The position numbers and the translations under genes are program-made. From NCBI GenBank assembly GCA_964636285.1, contig CAZWQF010000006.1:938-64937 (forward strand): a stretch of DNA of 64,000 bases, written 5' to 3'. Shown here in pieces: positions 45,573-55,293 of the stretch; the stretch's first letter is position 1; each line of letters opens with the position of its first letter. A model generated the notes under the pieces. It had not been told where the DNA came from. It searched no databases and saw only the letters and a program-made list of their open reading frames with translations. The DNA comes from an uncultured Candidatus Saccharibacteria bacterium. GTDB lineage: Bacteria; Patescibacteriota; WWE3; UBA101185; 2-01-FULL-41-18.

Positions 45573-46333
45573 ATATTATAATAATACTCTTCTAGTGCTG
45601 GTGTTTTAGCAATAGTAACGCACCAAACATGCCTAAATCCAAACTCTTTGAGTACCAAAGTAGCCGAAAGTAGGGTAGCTCCGGTAGTACATACGTCGTC
45701 GATCAAAATTATGTCTAAAGAGCTTGGATCAAAAAGCATTTTAGCCTTTAAATCAACGAACTTCTCTGACACTGCGAAGATACTTTTTACATTCTTTTTT
45801 CTATCAGATTTAGTAGCAGTGGTTGCCTGATCTACAGTCTCAAGACTTTTAACAAGTAGGTTTGTTGTACACCCAACCTCTAAAGTCTTAGCAAACATTT
45901 TTGCAATTATCTCCGCCTGGTTAAAGCCCCTTTCAGCGTACCTCTTTTTAGAGAGGGGGATAGGAACAGCAAGCACCTTTGATCTACATGTTTTTGGGAT
46001 ACATGCATAGGAGCTCTTTACCAAAGGCGCAGAGAGATTACACAGGTACTCAAGGTAGCTGAAAGTCTTCCCCGCAAACTTTGAAGCCAAAATCGCACTT
46101 CTAACAGCCCCTTCGTAATTAAAAACAGAGATAAGTCTTTCAGGATTTAAAGCGCCAAGGCAACACGAATGAGTAAACCCTAAAACGCTCGGCTTACCAC
46201 ATACAACACAAGTGCTTTCCCTAAGCACAGTTTTATTTAGGCATTCTCTGCAGATAAAAAGTCCAAATCTCCCACAACCTATACAAGAAGGAGGGTACAT
46301 TATGTCAAGAAAAGTTGTGAACAGCTTTTCCAC
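45569..46333 (-). CDS. comFC: ComF family protein (phosphoribosyltransferase domain with N-terminal zinc finger)
   Basis: N-terminal Cys4 zinc finger; C-terminal PRTase motif LDIILIDDVCTTGATL. Confidence 0.75.
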   Translation of the reverse strand: MEKLFTTFLDIMYPPSCIGCGRFGLFICRECLNKTVLRESTCVVCGKPSVLGFTHSCCLGALNPERLISVFNYEGAVRSAILASKFAGKTFSYLEYLCNLSAPLVKSSYACIPKTCRSKVLAVPIPLSKKRYAERGFNQAEIIAKMFAKTLEVGCTTNLLVKSLETVDQATTATKSDRKKNVKSIFAVSEKFVDLKAKMLFDPSSLDIILIDDVCTTGATLLSATLVLKEFGFRHVWCVTIAKTPALEEYYYNI

Positions 46334-46413
46334 AATTGTTGAGAGGTTGTAGTGAAAACAAAAAACAAGTACTAGGCCTGTAGTAGTGATGTGTAGACAT
46401 CCTATAACTATTT

Positions 46414-47151
46414 ATGTTTGAGATCAATATTTTTCTCAAAAACTTATATAATGAGCTGATGAAAGTAGCTTTCTTAGACATTGATAAGACTTTGTACAAC
46501 GGATACCTATTTTACGAATGGGCTAGGTATATGGAGAACAAAGGCATTTTTTCTTTTATAGACTTTGCTAAATTTCAGGAGATCGGAGTGTTCTACGAGC
46601 TAGGTGCTGTTGACTACACAAAAGCAGCAACAATGACATCGGAAGTAATAGGGGAGGTGCTTAAAGACAATAAATTTGATGTAGTAATAAAGCACACTCA
46701 GAACTTCATAGATTCGGTTAAGAACAGATATTTTGACTACTCCCCAGCAATAATTAAGTACCTTAAGAAACAAGGGTACTTAATTGTTTTTGTTACAACG
46801 GAACCTGATTTTCTTGCCGAAATGGTAAAGGCTCAAATTGGCGGGGACGATGCAATAGGAATTGACTATACAGTAAAGGAAGGCTTGTTCACTGGAGAAT
46901 TAACAAACGATCTTTTTTCGCAGTTTGGAAAGGCTAATACTGTGAGCAAGTTTGCAAAAGAGCACGGACTGAACATGGAAGAGTGTTTTTCAATGGGGGA
47001 TTCCGAAGGGGATATTGAAATGCTTAAGCTTACGGGCAGGTCTGTAATAATAAACACGAGTGGGCAAATTAAGGAGCTTATTCGTGATACAAAAATAATT
47101 CAGGCCAGGCGAGAGATGGTACTTGAGGATATGGTTATGACAGGAGTATGA
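46414..47151 (+). CDS. HAD-superfamily hydrolase (subfamily IB-like)
   Basis: Motif I FLDIDKT; motif IV GDSEGDIEML. Confidence 0.65.
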   Translation: MFEINIFLKNLYNELMKVAFLDIDKTLYNGYLFYEWARYMENKGIFSFIDFAKFQEIGVFYELGAVDYTKAATMTSEVIGEVLKDNKFDVVIKHTQNFIDSVKNRYFDYSPAIIKYLKKQGYLIVFVTTEPDFLAEMVKAQIGGDDAIGIDYTVKEGLFTGELTNDLFSQFGKANTVSKFAKEHGLNMEECFSMGDSEGDIEMLKLTGRSVIINTSGQIKELIRDTKIIQARREMVLEDMVMTGV

Positions 47152-47152
47152 G

Positions 47153-47668
47153 ATGTATAAAATAATTATTGAGGTCTTTAGGGCAAAAATTGAGGGCAAT
47201 TCCATACTCTATACAAAACATGATGTGGTTGTAGGGGAGGATGACAAAAGAGACCCAGACGAACTAGTACACGAAGAGCTTATTAAGCACATGCATGTTG
47301 AAAACATAAATAAAGCTATCACGCACTCTACAAGCTGGAGGTTTCAAAAAGACGGGTCTATAGTTTTAACCTACCTTGTTTATTCGGACTTTGACGACCT
47401 TTCGAGCAAGTACGATCAGGATCACAAAATACACGCACTTAAGATTGAGGATATGGAAATAGCTAGAAGTAAATCCCACAGGTCACCAAGACCGGAAAAG
47501 ATTGAGGAAAAAAACGTAGTCTCCCACGCAATAAGACATCTAGCATTTTTAATTCAGGTTGGGGATAAGGATAGATACTCAAAGTTATTAGGTAGAAATG
47601 TTAGTAAACTTACCCAAATATTTCCACAAGTTTCAGGGAGAATTCGCAGTGACTTTTTTCCTATATGA
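47153..47668 (+). CDS. hypothetical protein, translationally coupled to the HAD gene
   Basis: The stop and start codons overlap (TGAGATG); 171 aa; no motif. Confidence 0.45.
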   Translation: MYKIIIEVFRAKIEGNSILYTKHDVVVGEDDKRDPDELVHEELIKHMHVENINKAITHSTSWRFQKDGSIVLTYLVYSDFDDLSSKYDQDHKIHALKIEDMEIARSKSHRSPRPEKIEEKNVVSHAIRHLAFLIQVGDKDRYSKLLGRNVSKLTQIFPQVSGRIRSDFFPI

Positions 47669-48792
47669 ACAATAATAAGACCTTTATAACACTTTTGATA
47701 ACAGCACTCTCTTTTTGTGGTGTAATTCTTTATGTTGCAACCCATAGAGGAACCCCTGTTATAGATTTTGAGGCCTATTATACAGGCGCAACTATTGTGA
47801 GGGAGGGGAATGTCAAAAAACTTTACGATGTTTCTACACAAAAGGAAGCCAGAAATAAAGTAATTGATAGAGTACCAAGGAACGGACTTCTAGCTTATAG
47901 AAACCCACCGTTATTAGCATACCTACTTGCCCCCTTGTCAAACTTAGATTTTGATTACGCTTATGTATCTTTTATATCTTTAACACTACTCTCGTTCTGC
48001 ATTTTCTGTTACATGTTGTATAAAAAGGGTTTTCTACAGTCAAACTCTGATATTTTAACTCTTTTTCTATATTTACCTGTTATTCATAGCATTATGATTG
48101 GTCAGGTGGCTCCCATATTATTGCTTTGTGTGGCAAGTAGCGTTTTTTTGATACAAAAAGGCAGATATAGATTAGCGGGGTTTATAATGACCTCTTTGCT
48201 ATTTAAACCACAGAGGTTTTTATTAGGTCTAATTTTTCTACTTTTTGTAAAAAATAAAAGCCAGTACGCTCAAGGGCTCCTGATAGGTTTTGTTATGTTC
48301 GCTTTCTTAAATGTTTTAATAGACCCTAGTTTAATTTACAAAATGCCACAATTTCTTGTAGCTACTCAGAACATGAGTAATGGTACAGACTTAGCTGACA
48401 GCTATAGCATTCAAAGCATTGTTAAGTTTATATTTCCAGCAATAAATGACACGGAAAACCTTAAAATAACCATCTTTGTGAGCATACTTGGTTTAGTTTC
48501 TTACACAGCTTATATTCTTAAGAAAGGGGTTAAAAATATTGAAGAGGGGATCATCAGCGCAATTCCTATATCTCTTCTACTCGGAGTGCATACAATGCCC
48601 GCGGATTATGTTCTTGTAGCCCTCCCCTTAATTATGTTAAAAAAGTGGGGAGAAAGAGTGGTGTTGCTAATTCTAATTTGCACCCCCTGGCTAGGCTTTA
48701 TAAAACACACATCCTGGTTAATCGTAGTAATACATGGTGCTGTTTTAATAGCAGTTTTAGCCAAAAACACTAAGATAAAGGCGAGGGCCTAA
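47665..48792 (+). CDS. hypothetical polytopic membrane protein (possible GT-C-like glycosyltransferase)
   Basis: Ten or more TM helices. Confidence 0.4.
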   Translation: MNNNKTFITLLITALSFCGVILYVATHRGTPVIDFEAYYTGATIVREGNVKKLYDVSTQKEARNKVIDRVPRNGLLAYRNPPLLAYLLAPLSNLDFDYAYVSFISLTLLSFCIFCYMLYKKGFLQSNSDILTLFLYLPVIHSIMIGQVAPILLLCVASSVFLIQKGRYRLAGFIMTSLLFKPQRFLLGLIFLLFVKNKSQYAQGLLIGFVMFAFLNVLIDPSLIYKMPQFLVATQNMSNGTDLADSYSIQSIVKFIFPAINDTENLKITIFVSILGLVSYTAYILKKGVKNIEEGIISAIPISLLLGVHTMPADYVLVALPLIMLKKWGERVVLLILICTPWLGFIKHTSWLIVVIHGAVLIAVLAKNTKIKARA

Positions 48793-49702
48793 AAGAAGGT
48801 TTTTTATAGGTAGCCATTAAATAAGCTAGTAAAAAACCAAATAGCACATCAGTAATATAATGCTCGCCCAACATTATTACAGAAAACCCTATCATAATAG
48901 GCACGAGCAAAACAAGCTTTATCCATTTATTTTTATAAAATCTGGTGATTAAAAAAAAGCTAGAAAAAGCAGGCCATGCAGTATGCAGAGAAGGGAGTGC
49001 TGCAACTGCGTTACCGTAAACAAAATAATAGGCAACAGTTGCTGTCTTTTGTGCAAAGGGGGAGAAAAAGTATAGGTATCTAACTATACCTAGGTCTAAG
49101 CTTGACGAAACATACCAAGGTGGAGCTACAGGTATTAAAAGGAACAACATCAAACTAACATAGGTCATTAAAATAAATCTGAGTGAATAAGATCTAAATA
49201 GATTGGAATCTCTATACCAAACAATAAAGGCAACACCAAAGGAATACACAAAAAAGAGTCCATAAAAAAAAGTGCATATGGGAACAAGCCAAATATTATG
49301 TACAAACAAACTCTGGAAAAAAGCAGTTGAAGTTTGCCCAAATAAATAGTTTTCAAGAAGGTAAACGCTAAATAAAGTCTGCTGTTTAAAAGGTGCTATA
49401 TCATCTACATACCCCCTCAGGAACTCGTACAGCAGGAAAGCAGCTACGAAAGGTATCCACACAGAAAGATACTGCTTGGATCTAGCTTTTTTCCAAGCAA
49501 GAACAAATAACATAAACTCTATCAATAAAATATCTGGTGTGGCCTTTATTACAAAAATGTTAACAAATACTAAATAGAATAAAATAGTAAATTTTGACAA
49601 GACTAGAGGGTTAAAGGACTTGCTTAGAAAATGGAGGACCCTTTGATTACTTGATGACATCTTGAGTCGTAATAAGGGCTTTTTCCGCCGCCTCGCCAGC
49701 AA
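48770..49702 (-). CDS. PAP2-superfamily membrane phosphatase
   Basis: PSLHTAW (PSGH-like) and GEHYITDV (SRxxxxxHxxxD-like) motifs. The true start is possibly the internal Met in MSSSNQRVLH. Confidence 0.5.
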   Translation of the reverse strand: MLARRRKKPLLRLKMSSSNQRVLHFLSKSFNPLVLSKFTILFYLVFVNIFVIKATPDILLIEFMLFVLAWKKARSKQYLSVWIPFVAAFLLYEFLRGYVDDIAPFKQQTLFSVYLLENYLFGQTSTAFFQSLFVHNIWLVPICTFFYGLFFVYSFGVAFIVWYRDSNLFRSYSLRFILMTYVSLMLFLLIPVAPPWYVSSSLDLGIVRYLYFFSPFAQKTATVAYYFVYGNAVAALPSLHTAWPAFSSFFLITRFYKNKWIKLVLLVPIMIGFSVIMLGEHYITDVLFGFLLAYLMATYKKPSFRPSPLS

Positions 49703-50978
49703 TGACAGAATTTACAGCAGTTTTCAAAGCATCTACCTCTTTGTCGTTTCCGGCTCTTGAAGCAAATACACCGCTTTTTGCAGTGTCGCCACTTCTCAAA
49801 TATGTATCTAAATAGGCGTTACCTGAAAGCTCAGACTGAAGAGACTTTAGAGCGTAAGGTTGGCCAAACGCCCTAACTTTTGATCCCTCACTGAAAAGCT
49901 TCCTCTGTGTATCCTCAGTAGTTAAAAATCTTAGGTAGTCCCAAGCCACTGCAGGATTCTTACTGCTTTTGGAAACGGCAACCATCCAAAAACTACCCCA
50001 ATTTACATCAATAGCCCTCCCCTCAAGATCTAAAGCCTTAGGAACTGACGCAACTCCCATATTGATTTGAGGATTTCTTGCAAGGATATTTAAAACTTCC
50101 CAGCTAGGTACAAAAGCCATAGCTACTTTTCTATCAGCAAAAGCTTCAACAGATTGAGGCAACACATCACTCCAAACCTTCTCTTGAGTAGCAAAGTTGG
50201 TATAAAAAGTTAAAGCGTCTGCAGCCGCTTTAGAGTTCAAATCATCGGGGACTTTTACAGAGGCCTGTGAAAAGAATAAACCTAAGATATCAGAGAAATG
50301 CTCAATGTTGTTTGCTGTACCAATCGCAGCACCAGCCTGAGATATAACACCGTCCTTATCTCTTTTTGTTAACGCTACGGCCATCTGTCTAAACTCCTCC
50401 CAAGATGTTGGAGGTGCAGAAAGGTTTGCCTCTGTAAACATGTCCCTGTTATAAACCAGAGCTAAGCCGTCATAACTAAGAGGAACAGCGTAGACAGATT
50501 TCTGATCCGCTGAAGAGCCCCAAGCCTTTGCTACAGGGTAGAACGCCTCGGCATTCACAACACCATCAGGAGCGGGGGCCAAGTTGTCCCTTAAGAAAGG
50601 CACCCAAGTATTGTGAACAACAATAATGTCTGGGGCAGTACCTTCGGAGAGTCTTGTAAAAACAGAGTCTTTGTAGTTCTTAAGGCTTCCTACAACAGAC
50701 CTCTCTTCGTAATTTATAGAAACATTTGGTTTTTCTTTTTTGTACTCATTATTTACAGAACCTATCAGATCTTTGGGCTCCCACAAACCCCACATGGTGA
50801 GTTCAACAGGTGTAGCCACATTAGCGCTATCTTTTTTTGCAAAAAACTTACCTATTACAGGTAAGTCTGAAACGGAACATGCTGTAAGAATTAAAGGGCT
50901 GAGTACTGCTAAAGCAATAAGCTTAAATTTTGGGCTTGGATTTTTCAATTTCAGCATCTTGTTTAATTGTAGATGCAC
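49647..50978 (-). CDS. ABC-transporter substrate-binding lipoprotein (solute-binding protein family 1, sugar-type)
   Basis: Lipobox LILTAC; ~440-aa periplasmic binding fold; no adjacent permease or ATPase genes. Confidence 0.5.
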   Translation of the reverse strand: MHLQLNKMLKLKNPSPKFKLIALAVLSPLILTACSVSDLPVIGKFFAKKDSANVATPVELTMWGLWEPKDLIGSVNNEYKKEKPNVSINYEERSVVGSLKNYKDSVFTRLSEGTAPDIIVVHNTWVPFLRDNLAPAPDGVVNAEAFYPVAKAWGSSADQKSVYAVPLSYDGLALVYNRDMFTEANLSAPPTSWEEFRQMAVALTKRDKDGVISQAGAAIGTANNIEHFSDILGLFFSQASVKVPDDLNSKAAADALTFYTNFATQEKVWSDVLPQSVEAFADRKVAMAFVPSWEVLNILARNPQINMGVASVPKALDLEGRAIDVNWGSFWMVAVSKSSKNPAVAWDYLRFLTTEDTQRKLFSEGSKVRAFGQPYALKSLQSELSGNAYLDTYLRSGDTAKSGVFASRAGNDKEVDALKTAVNSVIAGEAAEKALITTQDVIK

Positions 50979-52320
50979 CCATACCTAGTGTCAACCAAAA
51001 TAAAAGTTGCCCTTGCTGTAATGTAAGGAAATAATGGTCAAAATTCGAAATGAAAACAATCACGAACAAGAGTACAAAGTACAAAAAAACTCGTGGTCGT
51101 GAAAAATAGTAGAAACAGGAAACAAGCAACATACAAAAAAGTGTTAACGAAACAACCCCGCACTCAGAAAGGATAAGGAAAAATATGTTATGTACAGGCT
51201 GGATAAACCTAATAACCCCTCTAACTCCACCGTTATTATTTAGTTCAAGAGTAAACTTATTTAAGCCCACACCTGATAACGGATGTGACCCAAACATTTT
51301 TAGGGAAGCGTTTATCAAATCAACCCTTCTATAAACCGAATGGCTTTTGGATCCAAAACCCATATTTACTGCGGAGTAAACAGAAAGGGCGTTTATCAAT
51401 ACAAAAAATAAAACTACAACAATAAGTAACGCAGCGCGTAATTTTCCTACAGCGGCCTCTTTAACCGAGTGGCTACCTTTTGCCACATACTTAACAACAA
51501 GAAACCTGAGACCTATGTAGAGGCCAAAAAAGGCAATCCCAAGCAAAAACCCAAAAATTGCTACAGAGCCCTTAGTAAGTAGCAAAATAATCAAAGAATA
51601 AAGCCAAGCACAAACAACAAGCGGCTTTAACCCTTTTTTAAAAGTGTACATAAGTAAAACTAGCAATACAAAAACCAAAAAACCAGAAAGCACATTAGGG
51701 TGGGGGAATGTGCCGTACGGGGCTAGTTTAAGCTCGCCAAAGTAATCTTTATATACAAGACCTGGAGTTTTATAAGTAAAAGGTTGCTCACCAAAGAACA
51801 GGTAATTATTAAAAAAAGACCTACCGTTAACCCACTGAACTAATGAAATAAAACTTTGAAACAGTGCAGAACTGGCAAGCAAAGTAGATATCTTGTTAAA
51901 GTCGTCTTTGTTTGAGTAATTAAAATAGGTGTAGACAGCAAGGAGAGAAAAAAGCAAATACCTTCCAAATTTATAGAACGAAGGGGCGAATGAAAAATCC
52001 GTAGCAAAAAGCAAGCTCAGGATAAACATTAGAAGGAGGTAGCCAATAATGACAACCCTTCGATTAAAAAAACTTTTGAAAGTTAAAGCATAGGATTTAA
52101 AGCTAAAGTTATGAAATAAGTAAAGCCTTAAGAACTCATCAACCACCCATAAAGCTAAAGTAGCTAAAACAAGTATATCCGTGAGGTATATTGACGGGAT
52201 TAGATAGTCTACAAGGACACCGCTCACGTATGAGTTTGGAGAGATAAAGTTTTTTGCAAGGTTTACTGGTACTAAAAGTACAAGTAAATAAAACAGCCCT
52301 TTGTGTAAAAGTCTGAACAT
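50923..52320 (-). CDS. polytopic membrane protein, O-antigen ligase/polymerase-like (Wzy_C-like)
   Basis: About 12 TM helices with a large periplasmic loop. Confidence 0.35.
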   Translation of the reverse strand: MFRLLHKGLFYLLVLLVPVNLAKNFISPNSYVSGVLVDYLIPSIYLTDILVLATLALWVVDEFLRLYLFHNFSFKSYALTFKSFFNRRVVIIGYLLLMFILSLLFATDFSFAPSFYKFGRYLLFSLLAVYTYFNYSNKDDFNKISTLLASSALFQSFISLVQWVNGRSFFNNYLFFGEQPFTYKTPGLVYKDYFGELKLAPYGTFPHPNVLSGFLVFVLLVLLMYTFKKGLKPLVVCAWLYSLIILLLTKGSVAIFGFLLGIAFFGLYIGLRFLVVKYVAKGSHSVKEAAVGKLRAALLIVVVLFFVLINALSVYSAVNMGFGSKSHSVYRRVDLINASLKMFGSHPLSGVGLNKFTLELNNNGGVRGVIRFIQPVHNIFFLILSECGVVSLTLFCMLLVSCFYYFSRPRVFLYFVLLFVIVFISNFDHYFLTLQQGQLLFWLTLGMGASTIKQDAEIEKSKPKI

Positions 52321-52621
52321 ATCCTATATTTATCACTATAGAGACGTGTTATGCAACCTTTCCACAAACCTCCTCATATTACTTTCTTATATAATATATC
52401 AAGAAGCAGTTGTATTAGTGGTGTGGATATGTTGATTTCGGTAGTTTTAGGTCTTGGTTGTCACTAATACAATTTATATTTGAGTTTATACCTTTAGAAT
52501 GCTGTTATTCCTGCTGTTAACTACCCGAAACCCCCTGTTTTTTGTTGTACCCTCGTGTTTATAAGTTGTATGTTTTGGTGGATATCGTTGTGGATAAGTA
52601 GGGGTAGTTATCCACACTGCT
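52321..52621. promoter_or_regulatory. candidate oriC: DnaA-box cluster plus AT-rich unwinding element immediately 3' of dnaA
   Basis: Two perfect DnaA boxes in inverted orientation, TGTGGATAA at 52589-52597 and TTATCCACA at 52608-52616. Several one- or two-mismatch boxes elsewhere (52422-52430 and others). An AT-rich stretch at 52386-52405. Confidence 0.55.
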
Positions 52622-53989
52622 TTACGCACCTATATTCAAAGTTCTTTTAATGTTGACAACATCTGCTTTGATCCTTGTATCTGCATTAAGCTCCAGCTCT
52701 ACTTTTTCTGTTCCGTGCATTATAGTTGTGTGATCTCTTCCTCCAAGAATATCTCCAATTACCATATATGGCGTATCTGTAAACTTTTTTAAAAGATACA
52801 TTGATACTTGTCTTGGAACTACATACTCTTTAACCCTACTTTTTCCTTTTAGATCTGTAATTTTTATATTGTAATAAGCACACACAGTCTTTAAAAGTTC
52901 GTTTACATTTACAACCGGTTTACCAATATTTTGGCCTAAAAACTTTGCGCAGTACTCAACGGTGAGGTCTTGCCCTTCGGCTTTTGCTCTTGTAATGATC
53001 TGCAAAAAGTTTCCTTCCAGCTCTCTAATGTTTGTCTCAATGTTTTGTGCAATGTAGTCCACTACATTGTTTGGGATGCTTTCTCTCATTATGTCTCTCT
53101 TTTCTCTTAAAATGGCACTTCTTGTTTCCGAATCAGGCTTTTGCATATCAGCAACAATTCCGCTTGCAAACCTTGAAGTAATTCTTGCATCCAGCTTTGA
53201 TAATTCTTTTGGAGGTCTGTCTGAAGTAAGCACAATTTGCTTTTGAGACATGTAAAGAGCGTTAAAAGTGTGGAAAAATTCTTCTTGCGTGGCTTCTCCT
53301 CTTCCTGCAATAAATTGAATATCATCAATTAACAGCACATCTGTTTTTCTGAATTTGTCTCTAAACTTGTTTGCGGTATAGTTCTTATTCCTACCTGCCT
53401 GTATAGCCTCTATAAGCTCGTTCATGAAAGTTTCTGCTGTAGCATATACAACCCTAGCTTTTGGATTCTGTTTGAGCACAGCGTTCCCTATGGCCTGCAT
53501 TAGGTGTGTTTTACCAAGACCCACACCTGCATGAAGAAAAAATGGGTTGTAAACTTTTCCTGGGTTTTCAGAAACTGCAGTAGCAATTGCATGAGCAAGC
53601 CTGTTTGATGGCCCCACAATAAAGCTTTCGAATGTATATTTTGGGATCAGGCCTGCGTCTTCATACGCGTCTTTTGTAAGCGCTTGCTGCTTTTTTTGCA
53701 TGTCGTTGAAGAGTGGTAGGTCTTCAACTTTTGTTTGTACTTCTCTTTTTTCTACTCTGAATGTTATTTCAACGCTCGTTTTTGAAATTCTATCCACGGT
53801 TGATTTTAAAAGGCCGTAGAATTTTTTGTTTATTTGATCTGCAATGTATTCGCTTCCAACCACAACTTCAATGTTGTTCTCTTTTGTTTCTCCAAGCTCT
53901 GCATGAGAAAAGAACGACTTAAAGACGGCTTTTGATAGAACTGTTTCTAGTTCGCCTAATGTGGCTTTCCATAATTCAGAATGATTCAT
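52622..53989 (-). CDS. dnaA: chromosomal replication initiator protein DnaA
   Basis: AAA+ Walker A GVGLGKTHL; C-terminal DnaA-box binding domain; 455 aa. A perfect DnaA box TTATCCACA lies at 54027-54035 in its promoter region. Confidence 0.9.
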   Translation of the reverse strand: MNHSELWKATLGELETVLSKAVFKSFFSHAELGETKENNIEVVVGSEYIADQINKKFYGLLKSTVDRISKTSVEITFRVEKREVQTKVEDLPLFNDMQKKQQALTKDAYEDAGLIPKYTFESFIVGPSNRLAHAIATAVSENPGKVYNPFFLHAGVGLGKTHLMQAIGNAVLKQNPKARVVYATAETFMNELIEAIQAGRNKNYTANKFRDKFRKTDVLLIDDIQFIAGRGEATQEEFFHTFNALYMSQKQIVLTSDRPPKELSKLDARITSRFASGIVADMQKPDSETRSAILREKRDIMRESIPNNVVDYIAQNIETNIRELEGNFLQIITRAKAEGQDLTVEYCAKFLGQNIGKPVVNVNELLKTVCAYYNIKITDLKGKSRVKEYVVPRQVSMYLLKKFTDTPYMVIGDILGGRDHTTIMHGTEKVELELNADTRIKADVVNIKRTLNIGA

Positions 53990-54049
53990 AGGATTTTGGC
54001 AGGTGGTAACAATCTATTTATAAAGTTATCCACAATTTTGTCAATGATT

Positions 54050-54520
54050 TTATGAAGTTTTAAGCGCCTCTTTGCACAAGGTTTTAACTATAGGAAGTAT
54101 GTTTGAATCCTCAATTTCCTTATTGGTAAACCATTTAAGCTCTTGCCCCTCAAGCGGTTTTGGCTCCGCATCTGAGCTCACTAAATACGCAAAGCAAATA
54201 TTCTTGTGCTTTGTTTTTGTAGTCCCGTCGTTTTCTAAAGTGTGTCTATAAGAGGCGAATGGGGTTGGCAAAGATTCGTGCAGCTCCTCAGTTGGGAAAA
54301 GAGGTTTACTTATAAAATTAATTTCTACACCAAGCTCTTCCCTCACCTCTCTTTTGACTGCAATATGAGGTTCTTCAAAAGGCTCAACATGACCTCCTGG
54401 GAGTTTCCAGCCGATAGAGCTGTTTGAGCTCTTTTCGAGCAGAATTTTACCATCCTTTATAAGTGCAAAATTAGCTACATAATCTATTGGGAGTTTTTGA
54501 TCAAGTTCTACAAAATTCAT
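54050..54520 (-). CDS. NUDIX hydrolase (second copy)
   Basis: Nudix box GGHVEPFEEPHIAVKREVREELGVE. The start is likely at MNFVELD, since the upstream extension overlaps the VKOR gene. Confidence 0.7.
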   Translation of the reverse strand: MNFVELDQKLPIDYVANFALIKDGKILLEKSSNSSIGWKLPGGHVEPFEEPHIAVKREVREELGVEINFISKPLFPTEELHESLPTPFASYRHTLENDGTTKTKHKNICFAYLVSSDAEPKPLEGQELKWFTNKEIEDSNILPIVKTLCKEALKTS

Positions 54521-54939
54521 ACTTTTTGCATTTTCTGATAAATAGAAAGTCCTAAAATTCCAAGCATGGTAAATTGACACATAAGGCAAACTGGACAATA
54601 AACTTTTAGTTGAAAAAGCTCGATGTATGTAATTCTTAGGCAAAATAGCGTCCCAAACAAAGCCATTCCCAAAACCAGCTTAAACTTATTCTTTACAGCT
54701 CCAAACAAAATTATAATGTATCCAATAAGTCCGTATAAGGAGGTTGGAACTCCTAGCGTTTTTGAAACCTCTCCGCTAATCACAGCATCACAATTTACAT
54801 TCTGGCTTATTGTACATAGCCTAACTTTAGGCTGAAAAATAAAGTTATAAAAAAGATAGCTTGCAAGAAGAACTCCAAAAACTGAAAGAAAAATTATGGA
54901 CTTTTTGATCTGACCTTTCATGACCAGATTATACTCCAA
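54517..54939 (-). CDS. VKOR-family membrane protein (second copy)
   Basis: Loop Cys pair C...C and TM CPVC; 4 TM; 140 aa. Confidence 0.6.
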   Translation of the reverse strand: MEYNLVMKGQIKKSIIFLSVFGVLLASYLFYNFIFQPKVRLCTISQNVNCDAVISGEVSKTLGVPTSLYGLIGYIIILFGAVKNKFKLVLGMALFGTLFCLRITYIELFQLKVYCPVCLMCQFTMLGILGLSIYQKMQKV

Positions 54940-54941
54940 AA

Positions 54942-55286
54942 TTATTTTTTGCTTTTTGTAAACGAAAACAGAACGCTGTTCACAAGGGAAAGTACTACTG
55001 CAAATAAAAGCGCGCTTAAAAACCCGTTTACCCTAAACCCCGGCACAAAGTAATCAGTAATCATTACCATTGCAGCAGATATGACAAGACTAAACAGCCC
55101 AAGAGTTAATATGCTTAGAGGTAATGTAAGAATTTCCAGTATAGGTTTAATTACTGCGTTTGAGACTGCCAAGACAACAGACACTACAATAGCAATAAAA
55201 AACCCATCCACATGTACTCCAGGTATTAAGTAGGCACAAATCATGACTGCAACGCCGCTAAGAAGAAGATTTAAAATTGTTTTCAT
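54942..55286 (-). CDS. small 4-TM membrane protein of the YvlD / phage-holin-4_2 (PF04020) family
   Basis: 114 aa with four hydrophobic helices; sequence pattern of the PF04020 family. Confidence 0.5.
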   Translation of the reverse strand: MKTILNLLLSGVAVMICAYLIPGVHVDGFFIAIVVSVVLAVSNAVIKPILEILTLPLSILTLGLFSLVISAAMVMITDYFVPGFRVNGFLSALLFAVVLSLVNSVLFSFTKSKK

Positions 55287-55293
55287 CGTATTA

